Counted from the first letter of the stretch, positions 12,401 to 24,445 are shown. The stretch: DNA of 64,000 nt from Macrostomum lignano (GCA_002269645.1 NIVC01000059.1:930001-994000); one strand, 5' to 3'. Translations and numbers: made by a program. Notes: generated from the sequence alone by a model not told the origin.

Positions 12401-13347
12401 CATTGCTAGGTACACTGAAATAAAGTCAAATCAGAACTTAATCATGGCACAAAAGTGTAAACAACATAGCAGGTAGAAAAGCCAGCTTCATTATATTTAT
12501 ACTGAATTGTTTTATTGTTTATTGCCTGACTCACCCTAACCTCCACTCTGTGCTAGCAAAATACATTTAGCAAAAGAGTGAGAGAGACGTGCCTAACCTG
12601 CCTAACCTTAGTCCAGGGAATGAAAAAGCAGTGTAAATGCTATAAAAAGCAAACAGACTATATATACTTATAGTTTTTGCCCCAGTTAAGTTACAAAGTT
12701 GAGACTTACATTCAGACAGGGAAAATAAGTCAATAAAGAATTGTCAAGTTTAAAGTTAATCAGTTCATATAGAACAAACTTATGGCAACCCAAAGTTGGA
12801 CTGCTCCCTCCAGAATGAAATTCTAGATCTGCCAAGCTGTCAACCCACAGTCGTAAATTTATATTTATGATTTATATTTTTATTATACATATATACAAAT
12901 TATAGTAATAAATATTATAATAAATTAAAGAAATAAGAATATAAAATAATAAATACATACAATATTATATACAATTTATATTCACAATATTTACGATAAA
13001 TTTATATTATAATTTTCTAGCATAATGTATATCAGTAAGGGGCATAAACCAGACTATAGTTTAAACTTTAGCATTCTGCTTTCAATTGTTTCCTTTAAGG
13101 CTGCTAACCCTGCATGTGTATAAATGTTTGTCTGCATGCAATATTGATGTGCTTTGCTCATATGCTTAGGAGGAGCCAGCAGAATGGGCAAAATTGCTTG
13201 ACCACTTAGCCGTGGAATAGTGTTGCTTAGTTGCTAGAGATTTTGTGCAACCTACAAATATTTGAATACGAAATTCTCATTCATGGTTCTGTTCTGCCAA
13301 GACAACTAGTTATCTTAAATTAATTTGATAATTTCAGATTTTAGAAC

Positions 13348-13668
13348 ATGCCTGCATCCTCAACATCCAGAAAAGATGTACAGTCACAGCAATCTAACAG
13401 TCAATATGTTTCCAGTTTATTAGTGCAGAATGGCCTGCCAAAACTGATTATTTGTTCAAAGAACAAATCGAGTATGAATGTCTCATCATCATTTCTAGTT
13501 GCCGCCAATCAAAGTGGTGGACCTTTAAGGCAGTTGCAGCCAAGAAACCAGTTAGATTGGGCGATACAGTCAGCTAATGGCCTCTCTAATGGCAGTGCTA
13601 CGTCGGTAGCAACTAAGAAGATTGACAGTCATCAATCAGCCTGTAATAGTCTTTCTATGGAATGTACT
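13348..13668 (+). CDS. Putative upstream or alternative coding exon of the Asx-like gene (S/Q/N-rich)
   Basis: TTTTAG|aacATG acceptor, 107 open codons, strong ACT|GTGAGT donor (phase 0). No recognisable domain; link to the next exon unresolved. Confidence 0.45.
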
Positions 13669-13774
13669 GTGAGTGCCTGTCTTATGGACATCTTACTTTG
13701 TTTGTTAAGTTTACTTATTCTGTGTTTTGATTTGGTGCTGACAATATTTGATTTTTTTCTTTAATACGGGTCCT

Positions 13775-14345
13775 TGTCTTTTGAGTTCGGGTCTTTGTCC
13801 ATGTAGTTCAGGTATTTTTCCACGCAGTATGGGTCTTTGTCCATCCAGTTAGTGTCTTTGTCCATCCAGTTAGGGTCTTTGTCCATCCAGTTAGGGTCTT
13901 TATCCATCTAGTTAGGGTCTTTTTCCATCTAGTTAGGGTCTTTTTCCATCCAGTTAGGGTCTTTGTCCATCCAGTTAGGGTCTTTATCCATCTAGTTAGA
14001 GGGTCTTTGTCCAGTTAGGGTCTTTTTTCATCAAGTTCGGGTCTTTTCATCCAGTGATGGTCTTTGTCCATCGAGTGATGATCTTTGTCCATCCAGTTAG
14101 GGTCTTTGTTCATCCAGTTAGGTTCTTTTTTCATCCAGTGATGGTCTTTGTCCATCGAGTGATGATCTTTGTCCATCCAGTTAGGGTCTTTTTCAATCCA
14201 GTTAGGGTCTTTTTCCATCGAGTTAGGGTCTTTATCCGTCCAGTTAGAGGGTCTTTGTCCATCCAGTGAGGGTCTTTGTCCATCGAGTGAGGGTCTTTGT
14301 CCATCCAGTTAGGGTCTTCGCCTGTCCAGTTCGGGTCTTTGTCAA
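13775..14345. repeat. Minisatellite, 21 bp unit GGGTCTTTGTCCATCCAGTTA
   Basis: Directly visible tandem array in a putative intron. Confidence 0.95.
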
Positions 14346-14687
14346 GTATTTTTAGATACGTTTTTCTGTAAAATAATTGACGAAGCACATGCATCAGTAC
14401 ATTTGTACTTATATACGTGTTTGAGTTATTATATATTTGACCTTTGGCCAAACTTTTATATTCTATGGGAATTCCTGACGCTTGATAATTAGTGGAGTAT
14501 TCCCATTCGGAAAAGTACATTTCTGAGACTGCTCGGTTCTTACTCTACTCTGAAGCTTTGGTCTATGGTAGTTCTAGAACTCAACAAAACAGTTTAGAAT
14601 TGAGTCGGCAACTTTGAACTTGATCAGTTTGAGCGGCATTTAGCTTTTAGATTTATTATTATTGTTAATACGAGCTGTTTTCATAGC

Positions 14688-15197
14688 ATGCCTTGCATCA
14701 CTAGAAATCGTTCTAATCTGCTTAATAACAATCATTCGAAATCGACATTTAAAAAATTCGATAGCAAACAGGAAAGCGGCGTGAAAGCTACTATTAGTAG
14801 TAGCAATAATAACGGTAGCACAAATTGTCGCCAATTGCGAAGTAGCAGAGACGCTAAACTTATCTCGCATTCGCAGCGGCCCAGTCAGCAACAGCAGCAG
14901 AACCAGAAGCATGCAAAATTTTCGAGTAGTACAACCGCTTCTTCTACTTCTACTACTTTTAGCAGCAGTAGTAATAGTAGTGGCTCGTCATCCGAATCGT
15001 GTCGGCAAAGTCATAAACGGCGGCGACCGTCGGCAAAATCTCCAGACGCGACTCCAGACGCCAATTCGAAGTCAAAGTCTGCAACAATTGCCGCTGCTAC
15101 TAAAAGACGGCGGAGTGACGAACAGTCGGTCGGATCTGCTAGGCTGCTCAACGTCAGAAGCGGGCCTCGTTCCCAGCTGGCTAAGGCGGAACTGAAG
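14688..15197 (+). CDS. ASXL: Asx/ASXL-like gene, exon with low-complexity region and start of the DEUBAD domain
   Basis: 170 open codons ending GPRSQLAKAELK|GTGAGC (phase 0), resembling ASXL PGSILVNTNLR. The 5' boundary is uncertain. Confidence 0.7.
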
Positions 15198-15289
15198 GTG
15201 AGCGCCTGTTTATTTTCTATAAATGTATTGTTTCTTTAAACACGTATTTATTTATTAGTTATCATCCTTGCATCTCACTCTCTCATCTC

Positions 15290-16112
15290 TCGTCTCACTC
15301 GAGGAATCGCCCTCAATCTCGAGTCTCACTCTAATCATCGTTCCCAATGTCTCATCTCATCCTAAGGATCGTCCTCAATCTCCTTTCTCACCCTAAGGAT
15401 CACCTTCAGTCTCCCATCTCACCCTAAGGATCGCCCTCCATCTCTCATCTCATCATAAGGATCGCCCTCAATCCCATCTCACCCTATCACCCATCTCGCC
15501 CTCAATCTCCTATCTCACCCTTAGGATCGCCCTCAATCTCCCATCTCACCTTAAGGATCGCCCTCGATCTCCCGTCTCTCCCTAAGTATCGCCCTAAATG
15601 TCCCGACTCCCATCTCTCCCTAAGGATCGCCCTCAATCTCCCATCTCTCCGTAAGGATCGCCTCAACCTCACATCTAACTTTAAGTATCGTCCTCAATCT
15701 CCCATCTCTCCCTAAGGATCGCCCTCAATCTCCCATCTCTCCGTAAGGATCGCCTCAACCTCACATCTCACTTTAAGTATCGTCCTCAATCTCCCATCTC
15801 TCCCTAAGGATCGCCCTCAATCTCCCATCTCTCCGTAAGGATCGCCTCAACCTCACATCTCACTTTAAGTATCGTCCTCAATCTCCCATCTCTCCCTAAG
15901 GATCGCCCTCAGTCTCCCATCTCTCCGTAAGGATCGCCTCAACCTCACATCTCACTCTAAGGATCGCCCTCAATCTCCCATCTCTCCTTAAGGATCGCCC
16001 TCAATCTCCCATCTCTCCGTAAGGATCGCCTCAACCTCACATCTCTCCCTAAGGATCGCCCTCAGTCTCCCATCTCTCCGTAAGGATCGCCTCAACCTCA
16101 CATCTCACTCTA
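15290..16112. repeat. Intronic minisatellite, ~31 bp unit TAAGGATCGCCCTCAATCTCCCATCTCTCCC
   Basis: Tandem array; three unit variants recur in order in its 3' half. Confidence 0.95.
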
Positions 16113-16383
16113 AGAATTGTCCCCAATGTCAAATTCGCTTCACATACTTTATAATCTGCAAGCGCAAATCCTACTCCAGAGATTTTAGAATCATCAGCCG
16201 AGTGAGCTCCTCTCCTTTGTCAAAAAAATCTTTGACTGCACAAAGCTCAACTCAAACGCCCGTATGAGAAGAAATTGGAATCTGTCCTTTTTATGCTGGT
16301 CAAATTTTCTATTCTTGCAATCGAATGGTCGATCACGATTTCTAATGCGGGCGCGATGGTGTACTCTCTTTCTTTTCTTTGTC

Positions 16384-16387
<4 letters not shown>

Positions 16388-16447
<60 letters not shown>
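16388..16447. repeat. (CT)n microsatellite
   Basis: Directly visible. Confidence 0.95.
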
Positions 16448-16450
<3 letters not shown>

Positions 16451-16508
16451 AAAATAGGATTCTTTTGATTATTTTTTTCATAACCCCCCATTCGCTCTCG
16501 CTGCGCAG

Positions 16509-17843
16509 GCCCTAATTAACGACTCTACATTCGCCAAATTGTCCCCGGATGCGCAGAGTCGCCTACTGCCCCTGTTCCCGGCCTGCGACGTTGTTTCTGA
16601 CAGCGGCGACGACAAATCGACAAGAAGTTTCGACAAAGAGATTCAATTGAAGTGTGGCGCTCTAAGCAACGAGTTTCTGGCCGACAATCTGGCCGATTTC
16701 TCTCGTCGACTGCGTCGTTGCTCTGTCGTCACGGATGCCTCCGTCCAATCGTCGTCGATTTCGACTTCGACTTCGACGAAAATCGAAGACCAGTTTGTGA
16801 AGCCACTGGCTCCGCCGCCGGTGGCTACGGCCGCTATGGACAGGCGTCGTCGTAGTCAGCGTGTCAGCGCCGCCACCGCTGCCGATACGGCTTCTTCGAA
16901 GTCGGAATTGCCCACGTCGGCAACGATAACGACTGAAAATAGTTCGACAACGACATATCCACCAATGGCATCGAGTAAACCAGTCAAACCGGCTCCGAAT
17001 ATTACCCGCACTCTGGCTGCCGTGCGCGAGGCGATACGAGCCAAGAGGGCCGCATTTCAACGGGAACGTCTGGCTTCTGTGGCGCCCGCTACCACGTCCG
17101 ATTCTAGTTCCGGGTTGCATGTTGATTCTTCTTCGATTGTCGGCGGTGACACTTCCGGTTCGGATGTCTGCGCTACTTCCGTTGCCACTTCCGTGTCGGA
17201 TGTCTGTGCTACTTTCGTTGCCACTTCAGGTATGGATGTCTGCGCTACTTCCGGTGCCACTTCCGTTATAGATGTCTGCGCTACTTCCGGTGCCACTTCC
17301 GTGTCGGATGTCTGCGCTACTTCCGTTGCCACGTCCGGTATGGATATCTGCGCTACTTCCGGTGCCACTTCAGGTATGGATGTCTGCGCTACTTCCGGTG
17401 CCACTTCCGTTATAGATGTCTGCGCTACTTCTAGTGCCACTTCCGTTATAGATGTCTGCGCTACTTCCGGTGCCACTTCCGGTATGGGTGTCTGCGCTAC
17501 TTCCGGTGCCACTTCCGGTATGGGTGTCTGCGCCATTTCCGGTATGGATTTCTGCGCCACTTCCGGTATGGATGTCTGCGCCGCTACTTCCGTTTCAAGT
17601 TTCGCTCCTGTTAATATTTCCAATTCAGCTCAGTGTTCTACTTCTACATCGGATTTAGCCACGTCAGATTTAACGCGTTGCGTTTCCGGTTCCGCGACGG
17701 AAGCGGAAAGCAGTTCCGGTTGTTCTGTGTTTGTGAGCCGTTCCTCGACCAGAGATTCATCCAAATTGGGATTGCCTACATGGAGTAAGTCAGCTAGGCA
17801 ACCGGAAATGACCGTTGTCAAGCCCGATGAGCAGATTCATTGA
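16509..17843 (+). CDS. ASXL: Asx/ASXL-like gene, DEUBAD (ASXH) exon plus S/T-rich tail
   Basis: GCGCAG| acceptor (phase 0) gives ALINDSTFAKLSPDAQSRLLPLFPACD...ALSNEFLADNLADFSRRL, matching ASXL ALINSRTFHALP..QQQLLFLLPEVD...ALNNEFF..AAQSWRERL including the NEF motif. AATAAA at ~18014 follows the stop. Confidence 0.75.
   Translation, partial: ALINDSTFAKLSPDAQSRLLPLFPACDVVSDSGDDKSTRSFDKEIQLKCGALSNEFLADNLADFSRRLRRCSVVTDASVQSSSISTSTSTKIEDQFVKPLAPPPVATAAMDRRRRSQRVSAATAADTASSKSELPTSATITTENSSTTTYPPMASSKPVKPAPNITRTLAAVREAIRAKRAAFQRERLASVAPATTSDSSSGLHVDSSSIVGGDTSGSDVCATSVATSVSDVCATFVATSGMDVCATSGATSVIDVCATSGATSVSDVCATSVATSGMDICATSGATSGMDVCATSGATSVIDVCATSSATSVIDVCATSGATSGMGVCATSGATSGMGVCAISGMDFCATSGMDVCAATSVSSFAPVNISNSAQCSTSTSDLATSDLTRCVSGSATEAESSSGCSVFVSRSSTRDSSKLGLPTWSKSARQPEMTVVKPDEQIH
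17155..17595. repeat. 36 bp in-frame tandem repeat (DVCATSGATSxx) inside the Asx-like ORF
   Basis: About 12 copies; open on both strands (minus reads EVAPEVAQTSIx). Confidence 0.9.
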
Positions 17844-18319
17844 TTCCCTACTACATGAGTAGGCGAATTTGCAGCCAAGTTAGTTGTCAAAATTTTCGAT
17901 TTTCTAGGCAAATGTTATCGCTACTAATAGTAGACTTGTCGCGTATTGTGTCAAAGCTTTTCGTCTGATTTAATTGTTCCAGAAAACCGAATCATTTCTT
18001 GCCGTTTCCAAGAAATAAAAATAGGATATAAGGTTCGTTTTTGTGCGTTTGTCGTTTTTCTCTGTGATTAATCGTTACAGTAAACAATGAAATAATTAGC
18101 ATGTTGATGACGGCCGCGTTAATCTTGTTTTGTACACGGAGTTCTTGAGCTTACATAGCTTTCAGTTGCTTCACAAATTGTACTTCGCGTTCCAATGCCA
18201 TCTCGAGGCTTATGTAATTATTTATAGGTTAAATAAAATTTCCATCGTATTTTCCTTTAGTAAAGATCAAGATCTACTTGTGTTCGAGATTACCGGTTTG
18301 TCATCATTTAATTTTCTGT

Positions 18320-20930
18320 GAATCAGTCCCTAAAATCTTTCAATCACCTCTGAATCAGTCCCCCAGACCCCTCACTCACCTGTGAATCAGTCCCTCAAAT
18401 CCCTCACTCACCTGTGAATCAGTCCCTCAGATCCCTCACTCACCGGTGAATCAGTCCCTCAGATCCCTCACTCACCTGTGAATCAGTCCCTCAAATCCCT
18501 CACTCACCTGTGAATCAGTCCCTCAGATCCCTCACTCACCTGTGAATCAGTCCCTCAGACCGCTCACTCACCTGTGAATCAGTCCCTCAGATCCCTCACT
18601 CACCTGTGAATCAGTCCCTCAGATCCCTCACTCACCGGTGAATCAGTCCCTCAGATCCCTCACTCACCTGTGAATCAGTCCCCCAAACCCCTCACTCACC
18701 TGTGATTCAGTCCCTCAGACCGCTCACTCACCTGTGAATCAGTCCCTCAAATCCCTCACTCACCTGTGAATCAGTCTCTCAAATCCCTCACTCACCTGTG
18801 AATCAGTCCCTCAGACCGCTCACTCACCTGTGAGTCAGTCCCTCAAATCCCTCACTCACCTGTGATTCAGTCCCTCAAATCCCTCACTCACCGGTGAATC
18901 AGTCCCTCAAATCCCTCACTCACCTGTGAATCAGTCCCTCAGACCCCTCACTCACCTGTGAATCAGTCCCTCAGATCCCTCACTCATCTGTGAATCAGTC
19001 CTCAGATCCCTCACTCACCTGTGAATCAGTCCCTCAGACCCCTCACTCACCTGTGAATCAGTCCCTCAGATCCCTCACTCACCTGTGAATCAGTCCCTCA
19101 GATCCCTCACTCACCTGTGAATCAGTCCCTCAGACCGCTCACTCACCTGTGAATCAGGCCCCCAAACCCCTCACTCACCTGTGATTCAGTCCCTCAGATC
19201 CCTCACTCACCGGTGAATCAGTCCCTCAAATCCCTCACTCACCTATGAATCAGTCCCCCAGACCCCTCACTCACCTGTGATTCAGTCCCTCAGATCCCTC
19301 ACTCACCGGTGAATCAGTCCCTCAGATCCCTCATTCACATGTGAATCAGTCCCTCAGATCCCTCACTCACCTGTGATTCAGTCCCTCAGATCCCTCACTC
19401 ACCTGTGAATCAGTCCCTCAGACCGCTCACTCACCTGTGAATCAGTCCCTCAGATCCCTCACTCACCTGTGAATCAGTCCCTCAGATCCCTCACTCACCT
19501 GTGAATCAGTCCCTTAGATCCCTCACTCACCTGTGAATCAGTCCCTCAGATCCCTCACTCACCTGTGAATCAGTCCCTCAGACCGCTCACTCACCTGTGA
19601 ATCAGTCCCCCAAACCCCTCACTCACCTGTGATTCAGTCCCTCAGATCCCTCACTCACCGGTGTATCAGTCCCTCAAATCCCTCACTCACCTATGAATCA
19701 GTCCCCCAGACCCCTCACTCACCTGTGATTCAGTCCCTCAAATCCCTCACTCACCTGTGAATCAGTCCCTCAGACCGCTCACTCACCTGTGAATCAGTCC
19801 CCCAAACCCCTCACTCACCTGTGAATCAGTCCCTCAGATACCTCATTCACATGTGAATCAGTCCTCAGATTCCTCACTCACCTATGAATCAGTCCCCCAG
19901 ACCCCTCACTCACCTGTGATTCAGTCCCTCAAATCCCTCACTCACCTGTGAATCAGTCCCTCAGACCGCTCACTCACCTGTGAATCAGTCCCTCAGATCC
20001 CTCACTCACCTGTGAATCAGTCCCTCAGATACCTCATTCACATGTGAATCAGTCCTCAGATTCCTCACTCACCTGTGAATCAGTCCCTCAGATCCCTTAC
20101 TCACCTGTGAATCAGTCCCTCAAATCCCTCACTCACCTGTGAATCAGTCCCTTCAGATCCCTCACTCACCTGTGAATCTGTCCCTCAAATCCCTCACTCA
20201 CCTGTGAATCAGTCCCTCAAATCCCTCACTCACCTGTGAATCAGTCCCTCAGATCTCTCACTCACCTGTGAAACAGTCCCTCAGATCTCTCACTCACCTG
20301 TGAATCAGTCCCTCAGATCCCTCACTCACCTGTGAATCAGTCCCTCAGATCCCTCACTCACCTGTGAATCAGTCCCTCAGATCCCTCACTCACCTGTGAA
20401 TCAGTCCCTCAGATCCCTCATTCACATGTGAATCAGTCCCTCAGATCTCTCACTCACCTGTGAATCAGTCCCTCAGATCCCTCACTCACCTGTGAATCAG
20501 TCCCTCAGATCCCTCACTCACCTGTGAATCAGTCCCTCAGATCCCTCACTCACCTGTGAATCAGTCCCTCAGATCCCTCACTCACCTGTGAATCAGTCCC
20601 TCAGATCCCTCACTCACCTGTGAATCAGTCCCTCAGATCCCTCACTCACCTGTGAATCAGTCCCTCAGATCCCTTACTCACCTGTGAATCAGTCCCTCAA
20701 ATCCCTCACTCACCTGTGAATCAGTCCCTTCAGATCCCTCACTCACCGGTGAATCAGTCCCTCAAATCCCTCACTCACCTATGAATCAGTCCCCCAGACC
20801 CCTCACTCACCTGTGATTCAGTCCCTCAAATCCCTCACTCACCTATGAATCAGTCCCCCAGACCCCTCACTCACCTGTGAATCAGTCCCTCAAATCCCTC
20901 ACTCACCTGTGAATCAGTCCCTAAACCCCT
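18320..20930. repeat. Satellite, 32 bp unit GTGAATCAGTCCCTCAGATCCCTCACTCACCT
   Basis: Array of ~2.6 kb (~80 units) between the Asx-like and FBXW4-like genes. Confidence 0.97.
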
Positions 20931-21594
20931 CACATGTCAGTCAAGTCAGGTGAATAGTAATACCCTGATCTGCTGTAAAACAAAGAACCAGTTCGTCAAG
21001 ATCTGCTGTGTTATTGCACAAATCGAGGATATCATATTTCAAGTTTTATATATTCAAGCGATTCCCTTGTCCCTGTTAGTTTTATTGCTTAGAAATCGTG
21101 TGCTCATTATTAATATGAAACTTTAAGCTTTACAACCTCTTCTCTATAATAAAGCCTAATTTATTGAAGTGGCCAGTCTCGCCGTCAACTCAGTGTTACT
21201 GTATAACTAGAGAATAACTTATTCGCATTGTTTCCGTTGCATTTCTTTTTTGTAATATTTTTACTCTTATTAATATTTAATACGTGTCATTGATTTTGCC
21301 AACAAGCAGTACAGTTCTTTTTTGTACTACTAACAAAAGTAGGATCGATCGAGAATAAGAGATCTTTAATGATTTACCAGTTTGGAATCGTTAACTTGTG
21401 GACGATTCATCATTTTGTGTAGTCAGTGTAATTTGTGTATTTGGCTTTATTACTAACAGCTGCTGCCGTGACTGATTTATTTGTAATAAATTTCAGAGCT
21501 ATAGAACAGCTGACAAATCATATTGAGTGTAATTCTGTGTTTGGGTTCAGTGTACGTTATTAATTTGCCTTTTTGGCTCTAATCAAATCGATAC

Positions 21595-22165
21595 TAGATT
21601 ATCACCCTTCTACCAGATCAATAATTTATCTTCCAGATCGATAGTCACTCCCTACCAGATCGATAATCACCCTTCTACCAAATCGATAAACATTATCTAC
21701 CAGATCGATAATCCCCTACCAGATAGATAATCACCCTCTAACAGATCAATAATCATTTCCTACCAGATCAATAATCACCCTCTAACAGATCAATAATTAT
21801 TCCCTACCAGATCGATAATCATTCCCTACCAGATCGATAATCATTCCATACTAGATAGATAATCACCCTCTACCAGATCGATAATCACCCCATACCAGAT
21901 CGATAATCAGTCTCTACCATATCGAAAATCATCACCTACCAGGCCGATAATTACCCCTACCAGACAGATAATCATCACCTACCAGGCCGATAATCATCAC
22001 CTACCAGACCGATAATCATCACCTACCAGACAGATAATCATCACCTACCAGGCCGATAATCATCACCTACCAGACAGATAATCATCACCTGCCAGACAGA
22101 TAATCATCACCTGCCAGATAGATAATCATCTCATACCAGACCGATAATCATCACCTACCAGATCG
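21595..22165. repeat. Minisatellite, 21-22 bp unit CAGATCGATAATCACCCTCTAC
   Basis: Tandem array; a second copy lies at 24045-24445. Confidence 0.9.
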
Positions 22166-22186
22166 TTAATCGCCCATCCGCTCCAG

Positions 22187-22458
22187 CACCGATCAGCGCC
22201 AAGTCGAGGCGCCACTCGGCAGGCGCCGCACCTTTTGGCGCTCCCATCCGAAATCCTCGTTGAAATTCTTCGCTACCTGCGACTGGCCGACGTACCCGCC
22301 GTGTCGGCCACCTGCCGCCACCTGAACAGTCTGCTTCACGGACCAGGCGCTAGTCAGGGCCTATGGCGCAGTCTCCATGGCAACGGCTTAGCCAACGACG
22401 AAGCTCGCAAAGTTCTGCCTGTACTGCAGCCTGTGTTCCCCTGCGACTGCAATGTCTG
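22187..22458 (+). CDS. FBXW4: FBXW4-like gene, F-box exon
   Basis: CTCCAG| acceptor, then HRSAPSRGATRQAPHLLALPSEILVEILRYLRLADVPAVSATCRHLNSLL (F-box). The donor is placed at the phase-2 TG|GTTGGT needed by the next exon; this end is uncertain. Confidence 0.75.
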
Positions 22459-23433
22459 GTTGGTTCCAATACTGATTTGTGCCCTTAAACTGTAAACCAT
22501 TCAGTTTTATTCTAAAGTGCTCAGTCAGAGCTGCTCAAACTGTTGATGTGGCCAATGAGGCCGCATTCATTTGGGGCTTGTGTGCACGAGAATTGGCCAA
22601 ACCCCCATGGCAGAGACAGAGTACATGCCTGTTGACTAGGAACTCAGGGCTGTGGTACGATGTCGACGATGGCGTTGCGCCCGGGTGCCCGCAGGGGTCC
22701 ATGAGATTTGCCCGCCGAGGTTCTCCCGCAATGCCTTTTTACTGCATTGCCCCTACCCAATGCTTAGTACCGCGTAAGGCTTAATAAAGAGATTTGGGGG
22801 GCAAAGCGACACGGCGTATGCATGAATTAATAGCTCACCGATGTACCCCTGCATGTATATAGAACTGAATACCTACAATAAAAAATGAATTTTATCTGCA
22901 GTTACTATCAAAACTTTTTGATCGGGTAAATCCCTTTATTAAGACTCACTGAGCATTGGAGGGCCATGCAGACAAAATCTGCCGCGTGGCCAAATGCGCT
23001 GCAAGAAAAACAATATTTATTTTTATAAATAAGCATATCTCAGGCTTCTAAGAAACCTTAGTTTCCAAGAAATCCCTAAAGAAATGTCTAATTTCCTAAA
23101 TATTGCTGGTTTCTAGTTTCAGTTTACAAGAAATCTGGTTTTCGAGGAATCCCTAGCTTCCAAGAAACTTCTAGTTTCTAAGAAATCCATAATTTCTAAG
23201 AAATCCTTTGTTTTCAATAAATCTTTGGTTTCTAGTATCAGCTTCCAAAGAAATCTATAGATTCCATAAAATGCATTGTTTCTAGGAAATGCTAGCATCC
23301 AGAAACCCTTATTTTTTCCAAGAAACTCCTATTTTTCCAAGAAATCCCTAGTTTCCAAGAAATCGATAGATTCCAGGAAATGCTATTTTCCAAGAAACAG
23401 CTTGTTTTCCTCCCCTTATCCCTGACGCCGCAG

Positions 23434-23829
23434 CTCCGCCGCGTTCCCCGGTCCGGTTTATCGCGACGAGCTTCGCGCCGGCGCCGCCTGGCACCGCGGC
23501 CGCCCCCTGGAGTCGACGCTGTGCAATTTCAAACCGGCGCGCTACCAGCGAGGCGGCCATCAACGGCCGGCGGTGCTGGCCATGCCCTGCCTGCAGCTGC
23601 ACGGCAACCAGCTGGTCTATAGTCAGGAGAATCGACTGTATCGACTCAGACTCAACGCCGGAGATCGTTGGCAACGCCTGGTTGCTACGGACGCCTATCG
23701 CGGCTCGGTGGGCGCCGCCGATGTCACGGCGTTGTCCGTCGAATCGCCGGCCGACGGCGGTCGGGCTCTTGTTGGCACCGGGGATGGCCGGCTGCTGCTG
23801 TGGGCTTCTGACGGCGCCGGGCCGCCCAG
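23434..23829 (+). CDS. FBXW4: FBXW4-like gene, exon 2
   Basis: CCGCAG| ... AG|GTAATT (phase 2/2). AAWHRGRPLESTL...MPCLQLHGNQLVYSQENRL resembles FBXW4 NWRLGRCREGIL...MPWMQLEDDSLYISQANFI. Confidence 0.85.
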
Positions 23830-24044
23830 GTAATTATTTCGAATCTGATTTGGCGCCACTTTTGTCACTCCGATTTGGCGCCACTTTTGTCACTCCGATT
23901 TGGCGCCACTTTTGTCACTCTAATTTGACGCCACTTTTGTCACTTTTATAGAACAGCTGGCAAATCATATTGAGTGTAATTCTGTGTTTGGGTTCAGTGT
24001 ACGTTTTTAATTTGCCTTTTTGGCTCTAATCAAATCGATACTAG

Positions 24045-24445
24045 ATAATCACCCTTCTAACAGATCAATAATTTATCTACCAGATCGATAGTCATCTTCT
24101 ACTGAATCGATAATCACCCCCCTACCAAATCGATAAACATTATCTACCAGATCGATAATCACCACCTACCAAATCGATAAACATTTTGTACCTGATCGAT
24201 AATCATTCCCTACCAGATAGATAATCACCCTCTACTAGATAGATAATCACCCTCTACTAGATAGATAATCACCCTCTACTAGATAGATAATCACCTTCTA
24301 CTAGATAGATAATCACCCTCTACCAGATCGATAATCATTCCCTACCAGATCGATAATCATCCTCTACCAGATCGATAATTATTCCCTACCAGATTGATAA
24401 TCATCCTCTACCAGATCGATAATTATTCCCTACCAGATCGATAAA
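24045..24445. repeat. Intronic copy of the 21-22 bp CAGATCGATAATC minisatellite
   Basis: Same unit and same unique 5' flank as 21500-21900. Confidence 0.9.

Noticed and set aside
18320-20930. 32-bp repeat array of CRISPR-like length
   Set aside because: Head-to-tail units with no spacers.
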